Below are positions 1-10,146 of a DNA stretch of 64,000 bases, piece by piece. Where the stretch lies: assembly GCA_964619405.1 (NCBI GenBank), contig CAZUCF010000004.1:4689-68688 (forward strand). Direction: 5' to 3'. Under the pieces are notes generated by a model. That model made no database searches. It had not been told where the DNA came from and saw nothing but the letters and a program-made list of their open reading frames with translations. This DNA comes from an uncultured archaeon (GTDB lineage: Archaea > Iainarchaeota > Iainarchaeia > Iainarchaeales > JAAZKV01). The position numbers and the translations under genes were made by a program. Each line of letters starts with the position of its first letter. Positions within the stretch are counted from its first letter, which is position 1.

Positions 1-232
1 TGTTAATCTGGTTTTGTTTGGTTTTATTTTTTTTATTAAGTTTATTTTTACTTTTTGGTTTAATTTAAGTATTTTTTTGTTCGAGTAATTTTGTTTTTTG
101 TTTTAAGTTAATTATTTTTTTGTTAATTGTAAGTATTTTTTTATTGGGTTAAGTTTTGTTTTTATCTTCATTTAGTTTTTTTTAATTTTTTTATTGGTTT
201 AATAATATTTTTTTTGTAATTATTTTTTCACT

Positions 233-244
233 AAAATTAATATA
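233..244 (+). promoter_or_regulatory. Candidate TATA box of the pilin-like operon
   Basis: AAAATTAATATA centred about 28 nt upstream of the ATG at 267, with no GGTG Shine-Dalgarno in between. This fits a leaderless or short-leader archaeal transcript. Pattern-based only. Confidence 0.3.
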
Positions 245-266
245 CTTCTTTTACCTATTTAGAATT

Positions 267-836
267 ATGTTTTTGAATACAAGAGCCCAAGTTAATTCTC
301 CTTTTGAATTGCTTGTTGCTATAATAATAATGAGTTTTGTAATAATTATTGGTGCTCAAATGATTGCGAGTGCTAATGACCAAGTTTGTTTGGCTAGTGT
401 TGATAAAGCTATGAGTGAGTTTCAATCCAAGTTAGAGGATACTGCTGCGTACAGGACTTCAAACAAGTTTGATTTTAGGCCTGTTACTAATAGTTGTTAT
501 AATGAGAATAAATCAATAATGAAGATTGAGGCTATAAAAGATAATAGTAAGCGGTGTGGTGCTGTTTGTGGTAGAGCAATTGATTCTTGTTTTATATTTA
601 CTTTTAATGCTCCTGATGTTGCTGGTGGTTTTAAACAAAAGTGTTTGAACTTGCCTGCTTACACGAGTTTTATTAGTGATGGTTCTCTTTGTCCTACTAC
701 TGGAGAATTTGATGGGTATACTGCGATTGATCCTACTGGTGTTCAAGTAATTATTTATTCTGGAACATATGTTTTGAGGAATATTGCTCCTGCTGGCAAA
801 ACATATCCTGAGATTTGTACTTATTGGAAGAGATAG
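267..836 (+). CDS. Archaeal type IV pilin-like protein (class III signal peptide), Cys-rich
   Basis: N-terminus MFLNTRA|QVNSPFELLVAIIIMSFVIIIG: a short basic leader, A|Q junction, then a hydrophobic helix, as in archaeal prepilins. The mature part has 9 Cys. First gene of a tightly packed 4-gene operon. Confidence 0.6.
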   Translation: MFLNTRAQVNSPFELLVAIIIMSFVIIIGAQMIASANDQVCLASVDKAMSEFQSKLEDTAAYRTSNKFDFRPVTNSCYNENKSIMKIEAIKDNSKRCGAVCGRAIDSCFIFTFNAPDVAGGFKQKCLNLPAYTSFISDGSLCPTTGEFDGYTAIDPTGVQVIIYSGTYVLRNIAPAGKTYPEICTYWKR

Positions 837-857
837 TTTTTGTAGAAAGGTGTTTTT

Positions 858-1643
858 ATGTTGGGTTTTATTTTGAGTAAAATGCAAATGCTTCTTTTTG
901 CTACTGGAATATTTATTGTCGTTCTAATGTTTTTGAATTTTGTTTCGGGAATGGATTTAAGGAATGTTACTTCTAGTATGCTTGAATTAAATTCTCAAAT
1001 GATTTCTGGGCAGTTATCTAGTGAGCATGTTTGTTCTTTTCAAACAGCAACTATTCCAGAATTCTTTAATTATGGTTTAACTAGTAATAGATTGTATTAT
1101 GAACTAAATTTTTCCAGGGTTGATTTTGTTGATTATCAAAAATTGATTCTTTCTGTAAACGAATATAATAAAACAAATATTCTTGATGCTAAGAGTGTTA
1201 ATGTTTTCGGTAATATTGTTCTTATTGATCCGAGTTTTATTGCTTCTAGTGATCCTATTACGAGTAGTATGGTTGGGTTAGAAAAAATTTCTCTTTATCC
1301 GAGACAAGCATTAAAAGGGCAGGCTGTTGCACCGCCAAATGCTTTTGTTGCATTAAAAGAAGTTAATGGTGATAATTTGAGTTTGTATGTTATTCCTTGT
1401 ACTACTCTTGCAAAATCTTTTACTGATTCTTCTGGGAAAGTTTTTTCTTCAAATAATTGTGAGGAAAATGTTTTGAAGGTTGGTTGTTATTTGTTGAAAA
1501 AAGAGAAAGGCAATCCTGTTCCAAATGATAAATTAAGTACTTGTTTTTCAATTACAAATGAAATAATACAAGGTTTGGAAGGGACTACTCAATCAAGAAG
1601 TTTTTCTTGGAGTGATTGTTTAAATCACGGGTATGTTAGTTGA
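858..1643 (+). CDS. Pilus-operon protein with N-terminal hydrophobic anchor (possible minor pilin)
   Basis: GGTG Shine-Dalgarno 5 nt before the ATG. N-terminus LSKMQMLLFATGIFIVVLMFLNFV is a single hydrophobic helix, and the rest is predicted extracellular. No recognisable family motif. Confidence 0.4.
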   Translation: MLGFILSKMQMLLFATGIFIVVLMFLNFVSGMDLRNVTSSMLELNSQMISGQLSSEHVCSFQTATIPEFFNYGLTSNRLYYELNFSRVDFVDYQKLILSVNEYNKTNILDAKSVNVFGNIVLIDPSFIASSDPITSSMVGLEKISLYPRQALKGQAVAPPNAFVALKEVNGDNLSLYVIPCTTLAKSFTDSSGKVFSSNNCEENVLKVGCYLLKKEKGNPVPNDKLSTCFSITNEIIQGLEGTTQSRSFSWSDCLNHGYVS

Positions 1644-1655
1644 TTGGTGAATTAA

Positions 1656-2228
1656 ATGTTTTGTGAAAAAGGTTTTATTGGGGCTATTGGAGATGATTTG
1701 CCTTCTTTGATACCGATTATTATTGCATTGTTATTATTTTTTACTATTTTTTCAATTACTCTTAATACTTATAATGAAAAAAATGCTCTTTTAAGAAAAA
1801 ATATTTCTTTAATGAATATTTCAAGAGAATTAAAAGGAAACTCATTAATTTATAGTGTTGAACAATTTTCTGCAAATTGTGATAAAATAAAATTTAATAA
1901 ATATGGTGAAAATTTTATGGTTGCTATTTATTCGAACGAAACTATTGCTGAAATGTTTCAAGAGGGGAAAAACTTTTTAGATGATTTCAAAGAAGTTGAT
2001 CCAGAGTATCCTGAAGACAATACCAATTTTTTGAAAAGCGGGAATGATTTAATGGTTGAAGAAGCATTTTTTTGTTATTACCAAAAAATTGGTGGGCGCC
2101 AAATTAGTGATAAAAGAATTAGTTATCTTACAAGATTTTACCCTGTTGCTGTTCAAGAAAAAGTTTCTATTGAAGGAATTGATTATTTAATTATTTCTCC
2201 TGGAATAATGGTGATGGTGATTTGGTGA
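1656..2228 (+). CDS. Pilin-like protein with class III-type signal (KG|F)
   Basis: MFCEKG|FIGAIGDDLPSLIPIIIALLLFFTIF: basic residue plus Gly, then a hydrophobic helix. Overlaps the next gene by 7 nt, suggesting an operon. Confidence 0.45.
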   Translation: MFCEKGFIGAIGDDLPSLIPIIIALLLFFTIFSITLNTYNEKNALLRKNISLMNISRELKGNSLIYSVEQFSANCDKIKFNKYGENFMVAIYSNETIAEMFQEGKNFLDDFKEVDPEYPEDNTNFLKSGNDLMVEEAFFCYYQKIGGRQISDKRISYLTRFYPVAVQEKVSIEGIDYLIISPGIMVMVIW

Positions 2229-2953
2229 ATTGTAAAGGACAAGCTGCTCTAGTTGACTCAATTTTTTTTCTTACAATTGTTTCAATAGTTTGCACTACAT
2301 TATTTTTTTTTGCGATAAATTATGGGTTGTCAACAGAATCACAAATAAATTCTTTTTATTCAAAAGATTTTTCTAGTGATTTATTAAAAGTTATTACTTA
2401 TGTTAGTATTCCTAGGGATGAACAAACTATTGGTGAATCACAATTAACAGGTATTTTTCAGAGTGATTATTTGCTTGCTTTAATAAAAGAAGATTATTCT
2501 GATAAAAGAAAAATGTCTCCTTTGACAACAAAAGCAATTGTTAGAACGCTTGATAGTGTTGTAAAACCTTTTGATGCTTCAATAGATTATGCTTTTTTTT
2601 TGACGAGCGAGAGTGATAATGAATATTTGTTTTTGTTGCTTGCTACGCATGAATGTTCAAATTGGGTTGAAAATACATCCGGAAATCTTGTTTGTGATGT
2701 TGTTCAAAGAAAATATTTTTATTGCGAGCCCACAAACCAAAAAATTTTGGAAGAAAGAATTTTTCCTAAATTAAATAGGGTCGATAATTCAGTTGGGAAA
2801 ATAACTCTTTCAGAATCTGAGCGATCCGATTCACAAGGAAGGCCGTTTATTATTGGTTTTAGTGGTTGGATTGTTGTTGATATTCCTGAATTAAAACAAG
2901 ATTTTTTGTTGAGTGATAATGATTTTAATTGTGAATTAACTATGCCAAACTAA
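2222..2953 (+). CDS. Pilin-like protein with class III signal peptide (KG|Q)
   Basis: MVNCKG|QAALVDSIFFLTIVSIVCTTLFFFA is a canonical KGQ prepilin junction plus hydrophobic helix. Confidence 0.55.
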   Translation: MVNCKGQAALVDSIFFLTIVSIVCTTLFFFAINYGLSTESQINSFYSKDFSSDLLKVITYVSIPRDEQTIGESQLTGIFQSDYLLALIKEDYSDKRKMSPLTTKAIVRTLDSVVKPFDASIDYAFFLTSESDNEYLFLLLATHECSNWVENTSGNLVCDVVQRKYFYCEPTNQKILEERIFPKLNRVDNSVGKITLSESERSDSQGRPFIIGFSGWIVVDIPELKQDFLLSDNDFNCELTMPN

Positions 2954-3014
2954 AATAATATTCTAAAATAAGTTTTGTTTTTATTAAATATTTTTTTTAT
3001 TTTTTTGTTTTGAA

Positions 3015-3785
3015 TTAATTTTTTGTTCCACATTTCGGGCAAACACTTTTTTTGTCTTTCGCGCAATTCTTACAAAAAGCAGTTCCGCATTTTGAACAAT
3101 AAATTATTTTTTCTGTTGGTTTCCCACAATGAGGGCAAGTTTTTTCATCAAAATCGCTAATACTTTTTATTTCGTTATCATTATCAAAATCATTTTCGGT
3201 ATCATCTAAATCTAACCCTAGGTCAAATTCATCCTTTCCTTGTTTTTTTTCGTCAGAAAATAATTCTTTTATATTACTTGATAGTATTGGTGCATTTTCT
3301 TGTATGTCGCTTTGATATGTGTTTTGTTGAGGGCTTGTTTGTTCTTTCCTTTTTTCTCGCATTTGTCGTCTTTTTTCTCTTCCATTCAAATTTTCTTTTG
3401 ATTCATAATTTTCGTTCATGTTGCCTTCTACTGAAAGCATTTCTGGGTTGTTTTTGAATTGAGTGTATAAAGAATCAGCCATTTGTTCTGCTTCTTTTTT
3501 GTTTGGTAGTCTTTTGTTTTGTTTTTTGAATTTCTCTACTTCTAATAAAGCTAGTTTTTGTTCTAAATTTAATTGCTCAATTTTCTTCAATTCTTGTAAA
3601 TTTTTTTCATCAATATTCACATCTTCATAAGCCATAGTGGGTAATTTTGTATCAGCATATTTTAAAGAATTATCCATTGGATTAATTTGGTTTTTATTAT
3701 TTGAATTGTATTGTTCATAGCTATTTTCATTATTTTTTTCTTGTCTATTAAATCTTTTCATTCGCCTTGGAACTTTTTCAGCCAT
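3015..3785 (-). CDS. Low-complexity charged protein with C-terminal double zinc ribbon
   Basis: C-terminus CPHCGKPTEKIIYCSKCGTAFCKNCAKDKKSVCPKCG has four CxxC pairs. The remainder is K/E/N/Q-rich with an acidic patch. Overlaps the upstream gene by 8 nt. Confidence 0.5.
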   Translation of the reverse strand: MAEKVPRRMKRFNRQEKNNENSYEQYNSNNKNQINPMDNSLKYADTKLPTMAYEDVNIDEKNLQELKKIEQLNLEQKLALLEVEKFKKQNKRLPNKKEAEQMADSLYTQFKNNPEMLSVEGNMNENYESKENLNGREKRRQMREKRKEQTSPQQNTYQSDIQENAPILSSNIKELFSDEKKQGKDEFDLGLDLDDTENDFDNDNEIKSISDFDEKTCPHCGKPTEKIIYCSKCGTAFCKNCAKDKKSVCPKCGTKN

Positions 3786-4437
3786 CTAAATCATCAATCC
3801 CTATTTCTTCTAATTCTTTTTCATTAATTTCGTCTTCGTAATCCTTTTTTTTATTGTTCTTTTTATCTATTTGTATTGCAAAACTTTTTAATTTTTTAAG
3901 AGCAGCATTTTTATCTTGTTCTTTTGTTTCTCCTTTTATTTCAATTGTTTTTGCTCTTAAACTTTCAATAATATTAGTCTTTTTTTCTTTAAAAATCTGT
4001 TTGTTAATTTTATTTGTATTTAAAAAGCCATTTTTTATATCTTGTTGTTCAGGTTTTGAGTTAAATTTATTTTTTACCAAATTTTCTTTTTCTGTTGCCT
4101 TTAAAATTTTTTTTGGAATGTATGTTGATTTTTTTTCTTTTATTAATTCAACATCATCAACAAAACCTGATTTTTTCCTTATTACAAAAAAAATTGTGAA
4201 CAATATTATATAAACAATACTTGATGATACAAAAAATAATCTATCAAAAACTATTAGTGATAGAACCATTCCTGGGAAAAATATTAGTAATCCAAAAGCA
4301 TACCCGTAACTAATTTTTTCAATAATACTTGAGTCTTGTTTTTGTGGCATGATTAATCTTAGTAATGAATACCCCAGAGAAAAACTTCCTATTAATGCAA
4401 ACCCATATAATATTGCAATCATTTGTCCACCAATCAA
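3778..4437 (-). CDS. Membrane protein (about 3 N-terminal TM helices) with Lys/Glu-rich cytoplasmic tail
   Basis: Hydrophobic N-terminal 90 aa, then a charged coiled-coil-like tail. Translationally coupled to the zinc-ribbon gene. Confidence 0.4.
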   Translation of the reverse strand: MIGGQMIAILYGFALIGSFSLGYSLLRLIMPQKQDSSIIEKISYGYAFGLLIFFPGMVLSLIVFDRLFFVSSSIVYIILFTIFFVIRKKSGFVDDVELIKEKKSTYIPKKILKATEKENLVKNKFNSKPEQQDIKNGFLNTNKINKQIFKEKKTNIIESLRAKTIEIKGETKEQDKNAALKKLKSFAIQIDKKNNKKKDYEDEINEKELEEIGIDDLDG

Positions 4438-4836
4438 ATAACAAATTAAGAACTTATAATACTAACGGTAAAACCTTTTTTAGAAGATTGTTTTTCATAA
4501 TTATTTTTTGTTATTGCCAATTTTTTGTTTCAATTTAAAAAAATGTTTTTTTGTTATAATTTAGATTAAATTTTTTTTGTTTTAATTGTTTTTTTGTTTT
4601 AATTGTTTTTTTGTTTTATTAATTTTATAATTTTTTGAGTTAATTGTCGTTTTGCTTTTTTTTAATATTTTTTAATTGTTTTTTGTGATGTTTTTTAATA
4701 GTTTTTTTTGATATTGTTTAATTGTTTTAATTATTTTGATTAAATTTGAGATTTTTTTTATTGATATTAATTACATTTATTTTGCTAATTTGCAAAAGAT
4801 TATTATACTCTAAATGCATTAATTTTACTGGTTAGA

Positions 4837-5448
4837 ATGGATTTTTTTGGTTTGTTTTTAGGCATAATAGACTTTCTAAAATTTCTTATTCCTGTATCAA
4901 TAATTGCTTTCATTTTTTTCAAAATATTTTCAAGATTTAAGCAAAAACTTATTGATAGGTTTGATTTATCTTGGGTGAAATCATGCTTAATAATAAATTT
5001 GTCATTAATTTTTGTAATAATTTTTTGTTTTTACATTTATTTTATTTTTGTTGGTGCGAGTATTGCGCCTATAACCGAACCAGAATTAAGTTATAATTTT
5101 TTTGAATCTCTTTTGATGATTGGTTTAGCATTAATAAGGATTCTTGTGGTAACAATAATTCTTTCTCTTGCGTTATTGTTTTTTGAATTTTTTTCAAGCA
5201 TAATAATTGTTTTTCAAAAAGAAAAGGATTATTCTGATACATTAAAAGAATTGGTGGGTGTTTTTTCTTCAACAGCTTTTTTCTTGTTTTTATTATTCTT
5301 TGTTTTTAATTGGGTGCCTTTAGGATTATTTATTTATATTTTTTATGGTTTTGTTGGGGAATTACCAATGTTGGCAAGTTTCATAAATTTTGGTTCATTT
5401 GATTTTGCCCAATCAATTATTAATATGTTAAATTCAATTATTATTTAG
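4837..5448 (+). CDS. Polytopic membrane protein, unknown function
   Basis: Several long hydrophobic segments. No GxGD or other aspartyl prepilin peptidase motif is visible. Confidence 0.4.
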   Translation: MDFFGLFLGIIDFLKFLIPVSIIAFIFFKIFSRFKQKLIDRFDLSWVKSCLIINLSLIFVIIFCFYIYFIFVGASIAPITEPELSYNFFESLLMIGLALIRILVVTIILSLALLFFEFFSSIIIVFQKEKDYSDTLKELVGVFSSTAFFLFLLFFVFNWVPLGLFIYIFYGFVGELPMLASFINFGSFDFAQSIINMLNSIII

Positions 5449-5511
5449 TATTATGGGTTATTTGGAGAATTATATTTTGTAGTAGAAAATTGTGTTTTAT
5501 AAGGTGTGTTT

Positions 5512-8500
5512 ATGAATAAATTTTTTGAAGGATTTTTGATTGGATTCATTCTATTAATATTGCTTTCAAGCAATCCTTCTCTCGCTTATTCTGTTCAAAA
5601 TAATTCATTTCAAAATGATAATTTTAATGAGACAAATATAAATAATGTGTGTAATGCGAATGAGAAAATCTTTTTTGAAGATGTTTTAACAAGTTCTCAA
5701 ACTAATTCTCAAAATGATGCTTCTCAAAATGATGTTTCTCAAAATGATGCTTCTCAAAATGATGCTTCTCAAAATGATGCTTCTCAAAATAATGTTTCTC
5801 AAAATGATGCTTCTCAAAACAATTCAGCTGGTTTTAGTTGTGATGTTTCTTTTCTTACTCCTGCTGAAGCGAAAGCAATAATGAATCTAACAAAAGAAAA
5901 TTTTCAGGGTAGTGAAATTAGTGATGATAAAAATGAGAAAGCAACTGGAATTGATTTGAATGACTTGAAATTAATTGGCCAAGACAATGATGGTAAAACA
6001 GCTGTTGCACAATCAGCGCCTTCTAAAGCAGCTTCTTCTGATAGATTTAGTTTTCTTGCTGGGCGAACTATTGACGGGCCGTTTGGTGTTGGCTTGGTTT
6101 TAGAAGACACTTTGAGGGTTGGCAGGTGTAATGATTTAACTCAAGAGAATTGTCGTGTTTATGGTAATGGTTTGGCTTATAGGACATCAGGAAAAGGTGT
6201 TGATAACATGCTTATTGATACTTCCCAAAAATTTACTGATTTAGTAAAACAAGGTGTTACTGGTGTTAGTGAAGAAGAAGTTGTTAAAATGCAGAACACT
6301 GTTTATAATGCTAATGATTTAAAAGTTCAGGCAGTTCAATTGTCTCCGACAGAACAAATACAAAATTCTTTTAGAACAGAGCAATATGTTGCAAAGAGTG
6401 CTACTAATTGTAATAATTCTTCTTGTATTATTTCAAGTTACTCTGCTTTTGACAAATTGTTTAACCAATGGTTTTCAACTGATATTGTTGTATCAAGTTT
6501 TGGCCCTGCTTTATTGCATTCAGCTGGGCGATGGTTGAATTTAACAAGTATTGGTCCGGGTGGTGGTGCTGAAAACAAGGTAATGAAATTTTTGAATGAA
6601 AAGGTTTTTAGAGCGGGTAGAAATGCTATTGGGGATGTTCCTTCTGCTGTTTTGGGGAGACAAAGAATTGATAGTTACCAACAATTAGTTAAAAAGAATG
6701 GTTTTGGAGATATTTTTACTGAGTTTACTGTTGGTGGTAAAGCATTTTCTTCTGGTGCTGGTGGTTACACCGATGCTTTGTTGAAACCAGATAGTCCTAT
6801 CTTCAAATTAACTGCTGACCAAAAAAAAGATTTTTTTAGAGCATTACAAGATATTAAGGCTTATGCTAATGTTAGTGCAAAACAAATGGATGCTGCAAAA
6901 GAAGCTTTTTTAGCAACTACAAAAACAAGTGATGATTTAGTTGATTACGCGAAAACAGTTGCAAAACAAATTAAGAGTTGGGATGATGTTACTTTCCTTG
7001 ATTTCCCAGCTTGGATTCAAAAGAACCCTGAACTAACTGGCTTACAAGGTTTTGCAGTAAAAAAAGCTGGTTTCGCTGATGCTACTGGTTTTGTTGATAT
7101 TACTTCTTCTCAACCATTTAATTTTACTAAAGGAATTCTTGCTCCGTTCTCAGAAAATGGACACTGGGATGCTTATGCTGGTGCAACATCAAGTTTTAAT
7201 TACCAATATGAAATAGGAACTGCTTTGGGTGCAACAGGGCACAAGGGAATAAAATTATTTAAACCAACTCCATCAAAATTAGAGGTTGCGGGAGCAAATG
7301 TTACTGACTTACATTCTTACCTAGCAAAATTAGGAGACTCATTGTACACTGTTAATGTTCCTGGCGTAGGACAAATGCCATTAAACGCTTCAACAATAGA
7401 ATATATTAGAAGTGCTCCTGGAGTACTAGGCAATATTGATATTTATTCTTCGCAATACACTTATGTGAGAGATTTAATGCCAGAAGATTTTGCTAACATC
7501 ATTACTAATGGGAGAATTGTTGGTAGACCAAACACTGCTCTAACAAATTACACTGATTTGGATGCTGGTTTGAGACAATACCCTGAATTCGTTTCAAGAC
7601 ACGCTCTTGGCCCACTAGACGCTGTTTTCGCAAAAGAAAATAAATTACTCCAAGATTATTTTACTTTGAAAGCAAATACAAGTGCTTTTTACAAGGTTGC
7701 TTTGGGCCCAACAATGCTTTGGAATGTTAAAAGGGGTTTTGGTGATGAAAGGTTTTCTGCTTACATGCTCCCTGATTCTTGGACTACAATGACTATTAAC
7801 CAAGGTGTTGACGAAGTCTACAATACTTCTTTCACGGATTTTTATGCTAACGAGGGTTCTGACCAAGGAGAATTATTATCAAAAGTAATGAATAATATAA
7901 TATTTTTTCCAAACACTGTTGTGAAAGCAGCTGCTGACACAGTGTCACCACAAATAGGTGACAAGTTAAGAGCTTTTTCAGGAGAATATGGTTTGAACTC
8001 AATAATGCGTGACGAAGTAAAAAACATTGCTTTTTACTCTCACAATGAGAATTGTTCTGGTTGTAGGCTAGCAATTAATAATTCTCAAAGTAATTTGAGG
8101 TTTGATGTTTATGCGCCAGTTAATATTAAATCGTTTATTGTTGAAGCAGCTGATTCTGAAACAGTTAAAGAAGATGGTTCAACAATAATTTTTTATACGC
8201 ATGGTTCTAACGTAAAAGGTTCTACTGGTGACATAGCAGGGCAAGAAATTAATTTGTCTCAAGCGAGAAGAGAGGGAACTACTTGTGAACAAGTTCTTAG
8301 GGAAAACAATCTTGGTTGGACAGGGAAATTCACTGGCTTTGCTTTAGCAAGCACTGAATCACTAGCCTATTTTATTAACCCTGGTTTTGGAATGTTAATG
8401 TCGGGAGCACAACAAATAATGATTACGCCAAAATTACAGGATTGTGTTGATGACAAAGAAGGTTATTATGTTCACTTTTATGCTCCACCTTTAACAGAAC

Positions 8501-10146
8501 AAGCAACGGGAAAAACAAAAGAAGTTCTTTCGAATGAGAGCGTTACAACAACTCTTGCTGATTTGAGTAAATCAGTTGATGATTTTGCTGCAAAAAATAA
8601 TCCTGTTTCTGATTCAATTGGAAAAATAAAAGAAGAATTTGATAATTTTGCGAACCAAGCAACTCAATCAAATATTTTGCAAGCAACAATAGAATTGTTG
8701 CCACCATCAAGCGGTAGTATAATAGGACAAGAAATATTTTATATTTGGTTTAAAGACAACATGCTTCCAACAGCATTAAAAACAGAGGGAGTATCAGTAA
8801 CAAAAGATGGTAATGTTTCTGTGACAAAAGATTATGCTAATGGTGATTTACTAATAAATGGAAAAGTTGTTGTTGATAACAAAAAAGAAATTGTTGGTTT
8901 GATAACACAAGATAACAGGATTCCCGCAGAAGTTGTTCCAAAAACAGTTTCAACAGCATCAATGCCAAATAATTCAGAAATTGTTTTTGAATTAAATGCT
9001 CTTGGAGAACTAAGAGTGCGAGAAGAACAAGTAAAAAAATGTGTTCAAGAAGCAATAAAAAAACAATCAGGAATAACTTATACTGGTGACGAGCTAACAC
9101 AAGTGTTCGGTGATTTAAAATCTATTAACACTCAAAAATATGGGAGTGTTTTTGCTAAAGACAAAAAGATTTATTTGGAGGGAGAGGTTCCTGCTTACGG
9201 TACACTTAATTCAAGATTTATTATAGATGGTTATTGGAATTCAAGATTAGTTGAAGACGCAAACAAAGCTATTGACTCTGGAAAATTTATTGGAATGGCT
9301 TTCGAACACGGTTCAATAGTATTGAATCCAGAAACAAATGAAATAGTTATTTGGTTAAGACAACATAAAGAAGCCGTTCTAACATCAAAAGATGTTTCTG
9401 GTTTGAAAGCAAAATTAACATCCATAACAGACCCTGAAACAGAGTGCGAACAACCAGCAATAGATTTAGAAGCACAAGGCTACCCAAATGATGAATTAGG
9501 TTTGAGAAGAGTTGAAAATTTCAATACATCAATGGAACATTTAGGTCCATTCACACAATTCACTACTCCTGACAAAATATTTGAGTTTTACGCAAAAGTA
9601 AATCCTGAAACTGGTGAATGCCAAGATTACTTTAGGGTAATAGATAAGAAAACAGGAAAGGTTCTTGTTGACTCACCAATTATTGGTGGGCTAACACAAG
9701 ACGCTGATGGAAAAATAAAATTCCAAACAGCAGACGGAAAAACACACACTTTAGAATTCAGTGCTGACAATGGGATACCAAAACTAAGTTACAATGGCGG
9801 GCCAGCAGAAACACTTGCAACGGCACAAGGGCCAAACGGTTCTTTCTGGTTTGATCCTAATACAGGACAATGGTATCCTGAAAACGGAATGCAGATACCA
9901 TTAAACCAAGCATTCAAAGACCAAGGAGCATTTTATGGTGTTGACAAAGAAGGAAATGTTAATGGTGTCCCTGGAAACCCAATGACATTTAACATTGGCC
10001 AACAAGGAGATAGCGGCTTCAATATTCCTTCTATGCCAGAAACAATTTCGAGTTTGTTTTTGTTCATATCATTATTTTTAATAATTTCTTTTGTTATAAC
10101 ACAAAAAAATGTTAAAATTAAAAAAACGAAAATTAGAAAAAAATAA
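5512..10146 (+). CDS. Giant secreted, C-terminally membrane-anchored surface protein (S-layer or major envelope protein candidate), 1544 aa
   Basis: GGTG Shine-Dalgarno at 5503-5506, then ATG at 5512 (the ORF track starts at GTG 5506). Sec-type signal LLSSNPSLA|YS. SQND(A/V) pentapeptide array. C-terminus PSMPETISSLFLFISLFLIISFVITQKNVKIKKTKIRKK is motif, TM helix and basic tail. No antisense ORF of comparable length. Confidence 0.6.
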   Translation: MNKFFEGFLIGFILLILLSSNPSLAYSVQNNSFQNDNFNETNINNVCNANEKIFFEDVLTSSQTNSQNDASQNDVSQNDASQNDASQNDASQNNVSQNDASQNNSAGFSCDVSFLTPAEAKAIMNLTKENFQGSEISDDKNEKATGIDLNDLKLIGQDNDGKTAVAQSAPSKAASSDRFSFLAGRTIDGPFGVGLVLEDTLRVGRCNDLTQENCRVYGNGLAYRTSGKGVDNMLIDTSQKFTDLVKQGVTGVSEEEVVKMQNTVYNANDLKVQAVQLSPTEQIQNSFRTEQYVAKSATNCNNSSCIISSYSAFDKLFNQWFSTDIVVSSFGPALLHSAGRWLNLTSIGPGGGAENKVMKFLNEKVFRAGRNAIGDVPSAVLGRQRIDSYQQLVKKNGFGDIFTEFTVGGKAFSSGAGGYTDALLKPDSPIFKLTADQKKDFFRALQDIKAYANVSAKQMDAAKEAFLATTKTSDDLVDYAKTVAKQIKSWDDVTFLDFPAWIQKNPELTGLQGFAVKKAGFADATGFVDITSSQPFNFTKGILAPFSENGHWDAYAGATSSFNYQYEIGTALGATGHKGIKLFKPTPSKLEVAGANVTDLHSYLAKLGDSLYTVNVPGVGQMPLNASTIEYIRSAPGVLGNIDIYSSQYTYVRDLMPEDFANIITNGRIVGRPNTALTNYTDLDAGLRQYPEFVSRHALGPLDAVFAKENKLLQDYFTLKANTSAFYKVALGPTMLWNVKRGFGDERFSAYMLPDSWTTMTINQGVDEVYNTSFTDFYANEGSDQGELLSKVMNNIIFFPNTVVKAAADTVSPQIGDKLRAFSGEYGLNSIMRDEVKNIAFYSHNENCSGCRLAINNSQSNLRFDVYAPVNIKSFIVEAADSETVKEDGSTIIFYTHGSNVKGSTGDIAGQEINLSQARREGTTCEQVLRENNLGWTGKFTGFALASTESLAYFINPGFGMLMSGAQQIMITPKLQDCVDDKEGYYVHFYAPPLTEQATGKTKEVLSNESVTTTLADLSKSVDDFAAKNNPVSDSIGKIKEEFDNFANQATQSNILQATIELLPPSSGSIIGQEIFYIWFKDNMLPTALKTEGVSVTKDGNVSVTKDYANGDLLINGKVVVDNKKEIVGLITQDNRIPAEVVPKTVSTASMPNNSEIVFELNALGELRVREEQVKKCVQEAIKKQSGITYTGDELTQVFGDLKSINTQKYGSVFAKDKKIYLEGEVPAYGTLNSRFIIDGYWNSRLVEDANKAIDSGKFIGMAFEHGSIVLNPETNEIVIWLRQHKEAVLTSKDVSGLKAKLTSITDPETECEQPAIDLEAQGYPNDELGLRRVENFNTSMEHLGPFTQFTTPDKIFEFYAKVNPETGECQDYFRVIDKKTGKVLVDSPIIGGLTQDADGKIKFQTADGKTHTLEFSADNGIPKLSYNGGPAETLATAQGPNGSFWFDPNTGQWYPENGMQIPLNQAFKDQGAFYGVDKEGNVNGVPGNPMTFNIGQQGDSGFNIPSMPETISSLFLFISLFLIISFVITQKNVKIKKTKIRKK
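5695..5823 (+). repeat. In-frame 15-bp tandem repeat (about 8.5 copies) encoding SQND(A/V)
   Basis: TCTCAAAATGATGCT repeated head to tail with point variants (GTT, AAT). Confidence 0.9.

Noticed and set aside
834-860. The first two pilin-operon ORFs are in the same frame, separated only by TAG TTT TTG TAG AAA GGT GTT TTT. A readthrough fusion was considered.
   Set aside because: A GGTG Shine-Dalgarno sits 5 nt before ATG 858 and two stops are present. Ordinary separate genes are the simpler reading.
4837-5448. Polytopic membrane protein between the pilin operon and the surface protein, considered as the missing prepilin peptidase
   Set aside because: No GxGD or paired-Asp motif of A24/FlaK-type peptidases is present.
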